A stretch of 64,000 nt of DNA, taken from contig CM102290.1 in the NCBI GenBank assembly GCA_046563655.1, positions 11,656,001-11,720,000 of the forward strand. Reading direction: 5' to 3'. The notes beneath the pieces were generated by a model. The model searched no databases. It was not told the origin of the DNA and saw nothing but the letters and a program-made list of their open reading frames with translations. Below are positions 1-13,900 of the stretch, in pieces (the stretch's first letter is position 1; each line of letters begins with the position of its first letter). The stretch is from Yuukianura sp. NJ FZ-2021 (lineage: Eukaryota). The translations under genes and the position numbers were made by a program.

Positions 1-3000
1 TGTCAAGACACACAATGACTCTGGTTCATACATGACCGTCCACAAAACTCTGGTTACGATTCTGAGCTCTTTAGCATCTTAGGTTTTGCCTTAACACTAA
101 CAAAAATAGGGATGGGCCCTTGAAGGACCCCTTACAAAGGGCTTCGACTTCTTCCAAAGAGAAGGCCTCTACGAATTCCTACCTCCCGAATTCCAGGCAT
201 AGCATAACATGAAACACGGGGCGAGAGACAAGGTCGTTTGAGATTTTTAAAAAAGTAGCCCCTCCCTTTGGAATTTAAAAAAAACCTAAACAAAACCATG
301 TTGAAAATGACACTGATAGATTCAAAAAATTCGGAAAACGAGCATCGTTCGTCGTTTTCCGAACTGTTTTGAATGGGCGTATATGAAAACAACCTAACGA
401 GACACCGTGGTGTGACGTACTAGTGGCCAGTTTAAAAACAAGTTACTTTTTCATATTTTTCCTTTATGAATTACAAATTAATATTGATTAGCCTATTCAG
501 AAAAAAAATGAAAAATGACGAAAACAATGGGACGGATCATATGTGCCAAAACTTATTACTAACTAACCCGTTTTCTCCGTTGACGTGAAGATGGTCTCCC
601 ATTGTTTCGTTTTTTAGTAGATACTGGTTCCCTATTGTTGAACAAGTTTAAGAGCCTCATTGTTCCTTGAATTGAGAGTTTGAACTCAACCTAACTGGAC
701 AGGAAAACAATCGATTACTTGAGGAATTGGAAATATAAACAACTTGCAAATTTCAAACAATGACAATAAACAATTACTCGTGCCGAGGTCAACGTTATGA
801 TAATTTAAAACAATTGGAATCCAACACCACCCTTAACCTAACTTTGCCAAGTCACAGCCTAGAAGTGAAAGATTCCAACTTGGTCGGTTCGAGCAAAACG
901 ATGAATGTTTCGATAATAGAAGAAAAACGCCCCAAAATGCTAAAATAGACGTGTCAAATTACTTTCCATCATCACCAACACTCAGACCTGCCAAGATCCC
1001 GTGAAACTCGGAATGTCTGGTGTATCTAATGGTTCTAACATTCCAAATCTGGGTGTCAGATCAACAAGATCGACATCAGGATCCAGCAGAGTACCACCGC
1101 CGTGGATGAGAGATCAACTCGATAAGTAGATTTACTTTGGACAGACGAATGCTTCGTCGGTTTTGTAGGATCAAAAAACTAGCCCAAAACTGGAAACTGG
1201 ATATGGCGTTCCCTGCTCAAATTCTTGGCCCAAATTCTAAAACAACATAAGCAAATGATAAAATGTACTAAAATTATAAAAAGTATCTACATACGGAACG
1301 GACCAATCACAGTACCGATGAGCAGACCAACAACTATTTTGTAAAACTGCCCCGCCTTTGAAGAAATCGTACGTTACGTTTCAATTATGAAATTCCAAAA
1401 ACACAGACAGACGTTGAAAAGAAACTAACCTCGGCATCTGCTTATTATCGAAACCTAAAAAATCATTTCTGCAATGCCGCCGTGTCCATGTTTTTGCGTG
1501 GACACTGTGTACTCCTGGCATGAACACAGAAGTTGAAGTAGTTACCCCTACCCCAAAGTGAAAATTGCTTCCATGCGATTGAAAGCAGTAATGCATGACC
1601 TAACGGCTAGCAAATGACGAAAACATTCGTCGTTCCGTGGTCATTGAGAACACTGTGACAATATCCGGGAAGCTACCCGTGGCTTGTCTAGTTCATCTAG
1701 CGAAACGTGTAGAGTTCAAATTTCAAATGTAGGAATCGTCAAAGTTGCCTCAGCGCTCCGAACAAGATGTAACCAAATCTCCAGTGATTATCCATGAACG
1801 ACCATTGAAAGCAACTTTTAACAACAAAACAAGTTCAAATACCGGCTGGGAATCTCACTCTTTGAATCAAATATGATGGATCTTGTTTGAAGAAGTACCT
1901 TGATGTCAATGTCTCTTACCTTCTCTTCTACGACCGGTTCCTGGAGCATTGTCAACCCAAGGATAGAACTGGCTCCTTCTCGGCTTGGTTCCCGTTGATG
2001 ATGAAGCATGTCGTCTCCCATTATCTAAACAACCAATACCATAAATCATCATCTTATCACAAAATACGAAATAAGTAGCATTATCGGTGTTTAGTACACA
2101 CTTCTTGTCAAGTGCTGCTTTTAAATTTAACTGCCAATGACCTCTATTCACCTGTCAGTGTTTGTTGCGTAATCTCAATTCCAGTATGATTCATTCATTC
2201 ACACAGAAAATCGTCTTTACTAAATTCTAACGTCTCCTACGGTAAGTCTTACCCTAAACGGACGGTTTGATTGTAGTTCAGCGTAGTTTCAGTTGTTGAC
2301 TCGGAGCAAAATTTACCGTAAAGTTGGCATGACGACGATCGTTGAAAACAAAGGAAAGGTTGACTGATTGACTGACCTCCAAGGCACCAAAGTCCAATCA
2401 GCTGTGAGAGGTCACTCAGCAGGACATGGCCGGCGATTCGTAAAGACTGAGAAGATAAATTCCAGCAGGACCTTCGTGTGCAACTAATTACCAAAACCAA
2501 TTAACGCCTGTGTGTGTGCGTGAAATAAGTGACTAATTCCTTGAGATCTTCTCAACTTATCAGCCAAAGAAAATCCTAATCTTGATGACTGATGACCGTT
2601 TTGTTTATTTTGGTTAGGTTGTGTGCATGGCTCCATCTGCCACTGAAATCTCTAAGTCTTACATTTCTTACTGACTCATGCAACAAGAGGACGCAGCAAT
2701 GCAATCGACAAGAATCAAACTACGCCACCCGTGCCAAATCCAATTGTTAATTGCCTTAAAATTGGTGTCAAAATTCCCAACACGCTTTACGAAATTTACA
2801 ATGAGTCAAAACTCCGAGGGCGAAAGAGTTACTAAAATTAAATACATATACATAATACTAACATAAATTATTTAAATTAATTAAATACATGTATAATAAA
2901 TGCGTGTGTAAGAACTCCATATGTTAAAACCAAATTTTAAGATAATTTATTTTTCATAACGATATTTTAAAATATACATTAATTTCTACTTTAATTTTAA

Positions 3001-3545
3001 ATCAGTACATCAACATGGCTGTCACACTTAAATATACTCGAAAAGAAAATAATCATATTTCTCCCTACAAATTTATCCATACTATACTATCTATATTCTC
3101 TCAAATTTTGGAATGCGCCCAAGTGAGATAGTTTCCTGCACACACTAAAAACTTATTAAAATCTACTAAAAGTAATAATAACAATTTCCAAAATTATAAA
3201 TTGGAATTAGCTAGTTAGAACACTTATAAAGTTTCAATTTGTAATTACTGACTTTAAAATGTGATTTATAAACACAGTCATACATTTACTTTATGTTCCG
3301 GAATTTTTCACAAATCATGCATAAAATACTAATATAAAGTTATTTTTTGTTCTACTTCAGGTCTAGTTTCTCTTGAAATTGTGATTTTACTAACTTTTTT
3401 TGTATAAGGATAACAATGCTTTGAGGAAGTGCATTATTATAAAGTAAACGACATTGATTAGATAAAAACAAAAGTAAAGTACAGCTACATTGCATTGGCA
3501 ATATTTGTCATTACTGATTGTGATTACCAATCGTTTTAAATGTTC

Positions 3546-4448
3546 CTAAGTTTCCCTCCGAATTTTTAAAACAAAGGTAAAACAGTCGGTTGTTAATTTT
3601 GGCCAAAAAGTGCCGTTAAAATTAAAATATGGTCCCAAATCTTGCTTGTCCTCATCTGACGGTAATTGATAACGATATTTATAACGAAAATTGATAACGC
3701 TACATTCAACAGCACAAAATAAATTTTTGACACGGCTCACGGTTGCCTTTTCGCCAACATCAATTATTTGAATACAACAATCATTTCGGACCGCGTTAAT
3801 AATGTTCCTCACGTTATTTTCTAGCGATGAGTTTTGATCGTGCGTCAAATTTTTCAACTCGGAAAATAAGTAATTAAACGTGACTAAATTTGTGTCACCA
3901 AATTCCGAATTCCAGTCGAATTCATTGTTGGCACTAAGCAAGTCTAACTTGTTGAATGATTTGTTCACACCAGGAATTAAATTGTCTGGAGTTACTTCAT
4001 CCCAAAACGTTTGAATGACTGGGTGCCAGGAGTCGACGCAGTCGTACAAAGCAAACTTTGGCGGATTTCTTTGAATACCCAATTGTCGAAGGTTTGCGTA
4101 TACTCCAGATAAATATTTGATGTACCCCACGACTTCCGTAGCAGGTCCGCATCCAATCATAGCGATTTTCAAGTTCTGAGAATTGTAAATTAGGTTTTCC
4201 AAACCTGACGCTTGTCGGAGACATGAGTCGGTCAAGTACGCTTGAATTGTAAAGTGAACTTTGACATAAGCAGCTTGAATGAAAATATTACTGTAGTCAA
4301 TTTGACTAGTTTGTGAATAATAAAATTTCTTTAACTCTTTCGCTGCTTCGTCAACTTGCTGAAGGAATTCGGCTTCAGATAATTCTACCTTTTCGCGAAT
4401 AGAATCCAAAACTATTTTGCAAACTGAAAACAAACTTCTGGAGTCCAT
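3546..4448 (-). CDS. Intronless class I SAM-dependent methyltransferase-like protein (~300 aa)
   Basis: Uninterrupted ORF; first ATG at 4448 (MDSRSL..., the track start at 4481 is a TTG). Motif-I-like IAMIGCGPATEVVG, acidic end of strand 2 (FALYD), later NLVTFNYLFSEL and IQIIDV strands consistent with a Rossmann MTase fold. Confidence 0.7.
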   Translation of the reverse strand: MDSRSLFSVCKIVLDSIREKVELSEAEFLQQVDEAAKELKKFYYSQTSQIDYSNIFIQAAYVKVHFTIQAYLTDSCLRQASGLENLIYNSQNLKIAMIGCGPATEVVGYIKYLSGVYANLRQLGIQRNPPKFALYDCVDSWHPVIQTFWDEVTPDNLIPGVNKSFNKLDLLSANNEFDWNSEFGDTNLVTFNYLFSELKNLTHDQNSSLENNVRNIINAVRNDCCIQIIDVGEKATVSRVKNLFCAVECSVINFRYKYRYQLPSDEDKQDLGPYFNFNGTFWPKLTTDCFTFVLKIRRET

Positions 4449-7400
4449 TGCAAATGATGTTGTTCTTGGTTTGGGTGTCAATGTACGACTGAGGTTAAAC
4501 TAATGAGCTCAGCTACTGTTAACTACTTTTCAAGAGTTGGATAACGACTAATGATTCATTAGAGATGACGACTTTCGTGGGAAACTATGAGATGCATAAA
4601 TTCTCCAGTTTCCCTGTAGTTGGCACATTTTAACACTCATTTGTCTCTCTTTCGTCTCACTTTAACACTAACAATATTTAATTACCATCAAGTACTAAAC
4701 TGATCTTTGGTTTAACCCAATTTACTGCTTGAAAGAAAAAAATTACTATGTTATTTTTATTATACGGCTGACGAACCAGAAAAGAAAATATGAACGTATC
4801 GTCAAATGAAACCTTTATTATCAGATTATCACTTACCATTATTCGCGTCAACACGTCAACTGCATGATACAATAATTCATTTCTTCCAATTTTTTTTTTG
4901 CAGAAAACGATTGAAAATGGCTTGAGGTGTTCGAATTCAGGAATTCATTGTAAACCAAAGCCAGTTCAAGGTTGAGGTCAAAAGTTCAGGTCATGTTTAA
5001 ACAGGCCGCTTGTTTATACAAAACAAGTGTTATTTACACTAGTGTCCAGGCCAAGGGTGGGGGCATGGTCCAGGGCCATGGAGCCTTTTAAAAATGCAAA
5101 GTCCAGTATGAATAGTTAACAGTCAAGGGTCTCACTTCTTCTAAATAAACTAAACTCTTATTAAAGTTCTCCGACCGTCTTTCCAACATGAAGCGCCGAA
5201 AAGAGTGCAAAGTGTAAACAATACTTCATCGAATTTGGCAAAAAAAAACGTTTCTCTAGGGAGGCATCCGAAAAATTCTGGTTTTAGTTTGAAACTTTCG
5301 AAATATATTATTATTATTGGCTCATTCTATGTTTCGTAGTGTGAGGTTGAGTTTTAAGTGGATTTGGGACAAAATGTCAAACAAATTATTGTTTTTTTTT
5401 ATGGGAAGGGCCCCCTTCCCGTCAAAACATGCAAAGGGGGGACCCTTCAGATCAGAATTTTTTTTTTCAAAAAACTTCCAGACTGCTTGTCGACTCCGAA
5501 GCTGCTGGGACCTCAGCCGCGGTTACGCTGTTGACTACATACAGGAAGTTTACATGTGGGGCGGGAAAGGCAGGAAATATTTGAAATTTGAAAAACGATA
5601 CGTTCAACCCTCCATGAAAAAAGTTATAAGAAGGAACACTTTCTGGATCTCCCCTTCATCTGCCACTGTCAACCGCCGCGACGCGTCAATGTCAACTGTG
5701 TCTTCTCTTGGTCCTGAAACTTCGGGCGTGGAGTAGTGAGCGGGAAATTTTAAAAAGTAGAATTTAATTTTGAATTTTTAGAAGCTAAAAGTTCAGAAAT
5801 TTAGGCAAGATCACGTTTCTATGTTGGACACAACCTGCATCTGTGCTGCTACAGGTGGAACTGTACTGGATACAAGCAAAAATCAAAGTATGAAGCCATA
5901 TAAGTTTTTAGCGTTATTCTCATCCCCCTCAGTACATGACCCCGACTGACCTTGTTTTGGAGTTTTTTGCAACATTTGGTGAAACAAAAAATAAACTTCA
6001 GTCAAGTACAGATTTGATGAGTTTTTGCTAAGGTTCAAAAAATTTGACTCTCAGCGTCAAATTACAAAATTTAACTCGAAATCTCGAAAATAAAAACTCG
6101 TGTTGTTCCTCTTTTACTATCGTTTTCTTCTTGAAACACAAACGGGTTGTTTAATTTCTTTTTTTGCATGATTTCATACACTTTTGACAAGTTTTCTCAA
6201 GTTATAAAATCATTACACGGGATTTCGAATAAATTTCAAGACGCGTTTGTGAGTTTTTTGGACATAGGTCGACCACCCTGACTGGGAACATGCATTAGGG
6301 CGAATTATTACTCAACCTTTTTTTTTAAAAAAAGGACATGGCTCATTTGAGTTGACAATTTTTGAAAATCCTACAGACCTTCCGTTTTGAAAAACTTTTT
6401 TTTTGACAACCTCCATTCTGAATAAGCTTTCAGGCCCTTGTTTTAGCTTTGCGTTGAGCGCACGCGCGTGATACAATTTCCCATCACCATTAACCAAAAA
6501 GTTTTCACAAAAGTTACAAAAATTCTCATGATAGTTTTAATTTAAAAATGAAAGCGCATTGTGCTCCAACTTTGGCCTCCATTTTTTTTTTTGATTTTCA
6601 TGCCATGACTAGGAAGAAACCAAAAGTTCTGCCAATTCCCACCCTCCATTGCCGCAGCGGGTACTAAAATTGTCGCTTTCAATTTCTTTGTTGACTTCTC
6701 GAGTCATTGACCTGCCAGGTCAAGGGTCATCAGGGCAGTTATTCAGTCATAATCTACAATTTACAATTCATAGATTTTCGTTTGTAAGAACTCAAAGCCT
6801 AAGTCCCAACTAACGCTTTGAAAACAGAAAAATTCGAAGCAACTTAAAAAAAAATCTAAGAAGTTAAGAAATTTTTTGAATTTTGCCTTCTAAATTGCTA
6901 GTTTTTGCAAAATTCCTCAAAACCATGGGCGTGGCTCTGCAGACAATAAAAAGATTTCGGAAATTTCTTTTATAGAGTTTCAAAGTTCAAAAAATAGTGA
7001 ATTAAAAAACTACCCAGTGGGTATTTTGGGTTTTGCACACGTATGTTCCTTTACACTTTTGTAAAGAGGTTTTGTGTAGGATCTCATGAAAACACATTGG
7101 ATCCCAGGAAAAGTTAACGCATGACTCTTAAATTTAGAAACCAGACGATGGAAAACGTTATTTTGAGATCATTCTCACATTTTCCTATTTAATTTTTTTC
7201 CTCAACAAAAATCAAACTGTTTTTTCAACACTTTTGGTCATCAAAATTTTCACAAAGTTTCACGATTATTTTTGGTACCAGAAAAAATTTAATTTGGCAC
7301 TACCCAACTTCCGTTTTCCAAAATTTGTAACCACAAAATTTGAAGTTGGCCACCAACATGCAACAGCTCCGGTTCACTTTTAAGTTTTGAAATTTTGTGC

Positions 7401-8819
7401 AAAATTTCAGAAAGCAATTTTGAAATGGCGGCTTGTAAACTTACCAACAAATTTTGCAGCGTCAATTTGCAAATTTTACTACAAATATTTTAATGAAACA
7501 ACAAAATTGCAGAATGAGTTCGATTTTTGAAATTTTGATAACTCTCGCTCCATTTTTTTGTTTCGTGTGTCAATTCGGAATAGGTCAAACGTTACGTGTG
7601 TTTGGTATTGGATGTTTGTAGGCCATAAATCTTAAATTCAAACCTCCCGCGTTACCCTCCGACTACAATTTTTGTGGAGGCGGGAGAGTGACATATGTTT
7701 GAACTTTTTCAATCATCCGTTTCACTGTTCCAGCCTCCCTGCACTTCAAACTGAAGGTTTTAGGTGCACATTCGTCATTCTAACTGCAGCGGCAGTTTTC
7801 AATTTTTTCAAAATTAATTTTTGGAAATTTGTAACCCTCAATTTTGGAAACGGAAGGTAAGAATTTTTTTAAAGCGGAAGTTTTGAATGAAGCGGAAGTG
7901 TTAAGTAATTAAGTGAAAAGGTGTGAAGTGCAACACACCAGAATATTAATTAATCATGAGCTGCTTTCAATTGATGCCAAAACAAACCGCCCGCGGAGGT
8001 CTTTTCAAACCGTAGCCATCTTCACATTAGGTGTTCTGTTACAGTTTTTCAAAATTTTGAACTTGCCCGATGTATTTCAAAATTGCAAATTTTTGACTCA
8101 AATTATTCTCAAATTTCATAGCAAAACCGTAAGAAAACAAGGTGGAGGCCTTAAAAAAACATCGCTGAAATGCTTTTTTTGCCTTTCGAGAAAGAAAACA
8201 GAAACGAAAACTTGTGACTTTCGACATTTCTTATACGCTTTTTAATTAACTAAATTGAACGTTTTCAAACTTCAAAATTTTAAGAATTTTTCCTCACTTT
8301 TGATTTTGTGTGACCATTTTTGTGATTGAAAATAGATTAAATCCGTACATAGACGAAACAAGGTTACTACGATTACCATCGATCAATAATTGGTCCACTT
8401 TTTTTTGTTAAAAAAGTTGTTGAAAATTGAAACTGAGCCTTTCCTGCTCCATTGTCATCCTCCATTGTTTCCTATTGTTCACACCTAGTCTCCCCTCCAT
8501 TTTATTTTGAATCTGTAACTTTTTCCCTCGTCGAAGGACATTTGAGCCTCTCTATTCATGATTTAAATCAAGACTTGAAATTGCCTCCAAAAAAGTGAAA
8601 ATGGCTATTATACCTCAAGTATCCATTCTAAAGTGTCCCAGGGGAGGTGTGACTCCATTGTTGTCCTGTCCATTGTTGTTTCTTCTTGTATAGTGAGAGT
8701 AAAGGGGTGGTGGTGACATTACATGAAAATGGGACACAAGAAGCAGAAGTGGACATGCTTCATGTCACAAAGGGCGGGGAAATACAAACAAAAACTAAAA
8801 AAAATGAAAGAAAATGACG

Positions 8820-9240
8820 CTGCTGGTGAAAAAGTTTGAGCTTGCGTAAAGTATAAGAACGCGTTGTAATTTTTGAAATATACTTTGAACATGTGCGTTG
8901 TGTTGGCACATGTAGAACGTACGATAAACGTTATTGCACCAAAGACTAAACGTTACTGAAACGTTTGCTGATTTGTGCAAAATGGAGCCATATTTCGAAC
9001 GTGCTGAAGCATTTCTGAACTTGCGAGGATTAATGTCATACTCTAAACGAATTTCAAACGTTTCCAGATTTGTGGAAGCGTGTGAACTTCAATTGAAGCG
9101 TTTCTGAGCAAAATGTTGTATTATTTTAGAAGTTTTTGTGTTGGCGCGAAATCCTAAACGTTTCCGAAACGTTTTCGTCCTTGTGCTAAATGGTGCTGAA
9201 TTTGAAACGTGTTGAAGCGTTTTTGAGCTTGGGCAGAGCG
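8820..9240. repeat. Degenerate tandem repeat region
   Basis: Recurring variants of aacgtgctgaagcatttctgaacttg / aaacgtgttgaagcgtttttgagcttg near 8955, 8998, 9093, 9155 and 9205; boundaries approximate. Confidence 0.35.
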
Positions 9241-10939
9241 TGTGTCTAGTATGAATTGCTTATGGACTTGCATTTTGCAAGTTTAGGAATGCAATGCGCA
9301 GGAAATGAGTTTCGTATGCGCAGAAACGACAAAGCAGTAGCCGACGTTCCCATGAATAGAGGGAAATGTAAGTTCATGTGTGATGGAGGCAGGATGCATC
9401 ACTTTTACTGTAGTTTTGGAAGTTGCTGAAGACAAATTGTTTTCGTTACGCTTTGATCTGAGCACGAAGATTTCATTTCCTTTGAAAACTTTTTTTTCAG
9501 AAGCTCAAAAACTTTTTTTTAATGAATATCAGAGCTGCCTTTTACTCTGTTATTGTTTGAACAAGATTTTCAAAAGGTAAAAACTAAATCAAAAATGATC
9601 AAACTAAAACTTTTAAGAGTGGAATTTTTCAAAATTCGAAGTGTGGTTAACTCTGAAAAACTGAAAAGTGGAAGTTGTGTAGGAATTTGGTTGATGGTTT
9701 CCTTGAAGCAAATCCTTGTATTTTTAGCAAGGCTAGACCATGATTCCTCCATTTTGAATAAATTTCTCATCTTTGTACTTGCAGTACTGTACTCCTGTGT
9801 TTTAAAGAAAAAAAAAAGTAAATTCATGCACCAGTAGATTCAAGTCCTTGGTTTTGTAAGTATACAAAAAAATAAGGTTTTGTTAGCATTTATTTTTTTT
9901 GCACTGTTTTCTGAATTTGAAGTTTCCTCCATTTTTGGAAGAAAACGTACAGCAACAGCAAAAAAAAAAAAAAGATTCGATCTTAGTTTTCAAAAAAATT
10001 ACAGAAAGAAAACAAAAGAAAGAAGAAAAAGCGTTTCTTAAAGACATACGTCCAAAAGCTGCATCATGTGTGTACATAGCCCGTCTTTTTGAAATTTTAC
10101 CACCGCATTTTCGAATACGTATTAAAAAAATTAAAAAAAAAGTTTGATACAAAGTTCGTCGTACCAGCAGCTAAACCGCAAAAAAATCGCCGCAAGGAAG
10201 TAGATCTTGTTTCAAAATTTCACAACTTGAAAATACTTTTTTCCGAAAATCCAAATTTTGAAAAAATTCCAATTTATTTGTCATTGCTGTCATGAAATTT
10301 TGGTTTTAAATTGAAGTCTTAACCTTAACACAACTAACGTATATGAGTATATAACTTTTTGGTTAGCATTGGACGTATTCCTGCTGCTGCTAGCAGAGGC
10401 CACACACTGAGTCTTACGAGGTCAAAAGGTCACGCACACTCCTCTAATTGTAAGTTACCTCGAATTCTAAATTTTCGAAATTGAATTTCTAAAAAAATTA
10501 AATTTTGAAATTTGAAACAAAATATACTAAAATGTACTCGTATATCTAATAGGATACCAGAAGTTGAGTTGGTTCTAGGAAGTTTAGGAATCACTATTTG
10601 AGACTTTTGAACTTTACACAATACTAAAACACACAGAAATTAACTAAACTATTATGGTTACTTATTTAATATAAAACTATAATTATTTTAAAACTAAAGT
10701 TACTTAATAAATATAATCCCAAGTTTAAGAAGGCATTTGGTAGGAAGACACCTTTTAACACACGACAATGACGATTGGCCCGAAAGTTGGTCGGAAAATT
10801 TCCAACTGAGACACGAGTATATCAACATTGTTTTTCAAAAATATAATTTGTAAAGTCCTGGAAGCCCAATTTTTTCCAAAATCCAGAGGCTTTCAAAGGT
10901 TGCTGGTTTTGGTGGGTTGGTGGCTCCGTGTGGTGGGGC

Positions 10940-13900
10940 CTAGTACCATCCGTACCCTGCCATGCCGAAAGGTTGGTGTCTCGATGGAACTGGGCCCATT
11001 GAGTATGTGGTGGGGCCGAGGGAGGAGACCATGGTGGGGCGACTGCTCAAACTGCCCCACCCAGAGTCCTCCATTTGCATTCCTTGATGCTGGGTGTGGG
11101 GGTGGTGGGAGTGGGTGGTGTAGGAGCTGAGTCCATTAGGTGGAGTTCCGCCAGACACCTAAAAATTACAAAATTTCAGAAAAAAATGTTCTTTTTCAGA
11201 AAACCTCAATTTTTGTATTTCACATTTTAACTTGCATTTTAGAAGTCAAAAAAATGCCAAATTAGGTTTTTAGTTAATGTAACTTTGCATTGAAATAATT
11301 CAGTTGAGCCAATTGAATTGACGCAATAGCAATACTTAAGTATGGAACACCCAAACTTGTCTGGACCAATACCGCGCGTGGTTTAAAAATTTGAAAATGC
11401 CGCGCTTCACTGCAAATGAGATGGAAATGATCACAGGGAATGTTTGGCGACACAAAACTTTTTAAATGTATGCCACCACATGAATCTTTTAGCTCAAAAT
11501 AATTTCCTCCACTCAACTCTTTTCTTCCTCGTTCCCTCCAAATTCAAAATTGAAACAAAAACTAAATTCCTTAATAAAATGGCGCTAAATTTTGAATTTT
11601 TGACCTATTTGATTACCTGTGATGAGATGAGTGAAGGAGAAGAGGCGTAGGCAGCCGTCATGAGTGAATTTCCTAAAGCTGTTGCATATGACCCCGTGGA
11701 ACTGCCGCTGCTAGTAGTGCCTGGAGAGGACATTGACCCCGTTGACCCGCCGGACATCGTCGTCATGGGGACACCCATCGACATCGTCCCGGTCACGCCT
11801 AGGCTGGTCTGACTCCCGTTGGCCAAGTATGTACTACCATCACTAGGACCTTAAATTCACAAAATTCTCAATTTACCCCAGATTCAAATTTTTGAAATTT
11901 TGAATGTTCGAAATTTTGAAATTTGGCGCCTTACTTTGGGCACTAGAAGTGAAATGTGGCTCTGAAGATAGAGAGTGATGGGGAAGGACACCGTAGGAAG
12001 ACGTTGTCGTGGGATACACGGGGAGTCCCATGCTCATTCCACCGTTTGAATAACTCCCGCCACCGCTTGAAATCTGCTTACGAAGTCGAGCTCTCCGATT
12101 ACTAAACCAAACCTGTTCAAAACATCATAAACTTAAAAGTCTGTTCTAAAAAATCTTGTTCCAAATCTTGTTTAAAAAAACCTTGTTCTACATCTTGTTT
12201 TAAATAACCTTGTTATCTTCTTTTAGCTTTCATCTAAGGTCAAGACCTCAAACACAAAAATTAGGCGTAACGTGTGACCCAGAATGCGTGACTTTCCGAG
12301 AAAGGTCAAAGGTCATACTTTCCAGAAACAAGACAAAGCCATACGATATGAAAACACTTAATTAGTTTGTGAAAGTTCGCTCGGACGTCACCGGATTTGT
12401 TGTGGGAAGCAAAATGACCGAAAAAATTTCGTCGAAATTGTTTTTGCCCGAAATGACATTCTTGTGATTTTGTTCTAAATTTTGGTTTTTGGTTAAAGGA
12501 AATGACGTTGCAGTATTGAACAAGAAGTGCACGACATTTTTAAGAAACAGGTTTTAGAACAACAATTTTTTAGAATTTGAAAACAGATTAATAGGTTTTT
12601 TCTATTGTCGAACTTCTTCAGATTTCCTTTCGGTAAGAAACAAAAGAATTTTGGCGTTCTATTCAATGCAAACAGCCTTTTGACTGTTGTTTCCTTCAGA
12701 TGAGTTTTTTTAAAAATCATTTTCTTAGCCGCTTTCTTTTTTAAAAGTGGTTGATTACTTTCAGAAATGAAAAACAGAACAAGAACTGTTCAAAAAAACT
12801 CGAACAGTCAATTGATCCCTTTGGGTGAATAGGAAGACCCTTAAAGTGTCTTAAGGGAAGATGAAGGTTGTTGTGATGTGTTGTGTGTGTGGGAGTTTTT
12901 TGAAAAATGGAACTTTTCAAATGGAGGGAAAATTCAATCATGACGAAGCTTCTTTTTTTGAATTTTGTCCGCATTACCTGAATTCGAGCTTCAGTAAGTT
13001 TAGTTCTCTGAGCCAGTTCTTCCCGCGTGTAGATGTCTGGATACTGAGTGCGTTCGAAAGCTTTTTCCAATTCGTCCAACTGATGCGCAGTAAACGTCGT
13101 TCGACTTCTGCGCTGTTTTCGTTTCAACGGAATTCCCGGTTCCGATTCACAGTCCGAACCTTCTCCGCCACTGCTTTTGTCACCCCCTGCAAAAAAGGCA
13201 TTCAGAATAAGAAAAAAGTGACATAAAACAAACCGGAAAAAGAAATTTTGATATTTCTGAAGGTTGAAAAAAGTTGCCAATGCAAAAACGGTGCAAAATC
13301 CTAACAATAAAATTTGAGTATTTTGATTTATTTTTCGTTTTTGGATTTTGAAAAATCGAGGAAGTGGAGCAAGCTACTCAAAGGGCCCCCAGACTCCTAT
13401 CATTAGTCAAAAGTTCAAGTTGTGAAGGGCCCCTCTCCTGACACCTTTAAGTGATTATCTCCTCATTTGTAAGTCCCCGCGGTTCCTTGAGGTCTCATCA
13501 TCACCTCCGCTGTGAGACTCCCAATGCGCAGAACATCAAAGCCTTGGTATCGGATCCTCCGTTTTTTGTTTTCCAAACCCCGGGAAACTCAAAATTTCCA
13601 AAAATGGAAAAATGGACTGAACAGAAAAACCCATTTTTCCATGTCCAACTTTTTGTCTAACTTTTTGTTTCTGGACGGAAAGTGAGTCTGAGGCCTAATG
13701 GGAGTTCTTCACCGCGGCGGCGGCGGTGTGAAAACTGTGGCTGCTCTAATGGACTCAAAATACCGCGAAAGACAACCGAGAAAAAAACATTGTTCAACCT
13801 CAACAACCACCCAGTGCTCTCATTAGAAACAGTCATCAAACAACCACGCCCTCCAATTTGTTAAGTCTTCAAAACATAAAAGTCACCTTAACAAATTTTG

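Noticed and set aside
1..2600. Short ORFs and splice-like signals suggesting a gene or TE remnant
   Set aside because: I could not assemble a consistent exon chain or recognise a domain; it may be UTR or degenerate sequence.
5317..5736. 139-aa ORF
   Set aside because: Non-ATG start, runs through homopolymer tracts, no domain features.
9283..10295. Cluster of Lys/Phe-rich ORFs
   Set aside because: Artefacts of poly-A/poly-T tracts downstream of Pax3/7.
12741..13307. 188-aa ORF as a stand-alone homeobox gene
   Set aside because: Only 13186-12978 is exonic (Pax3/7 homeodomain); the flanks are intron read-through.
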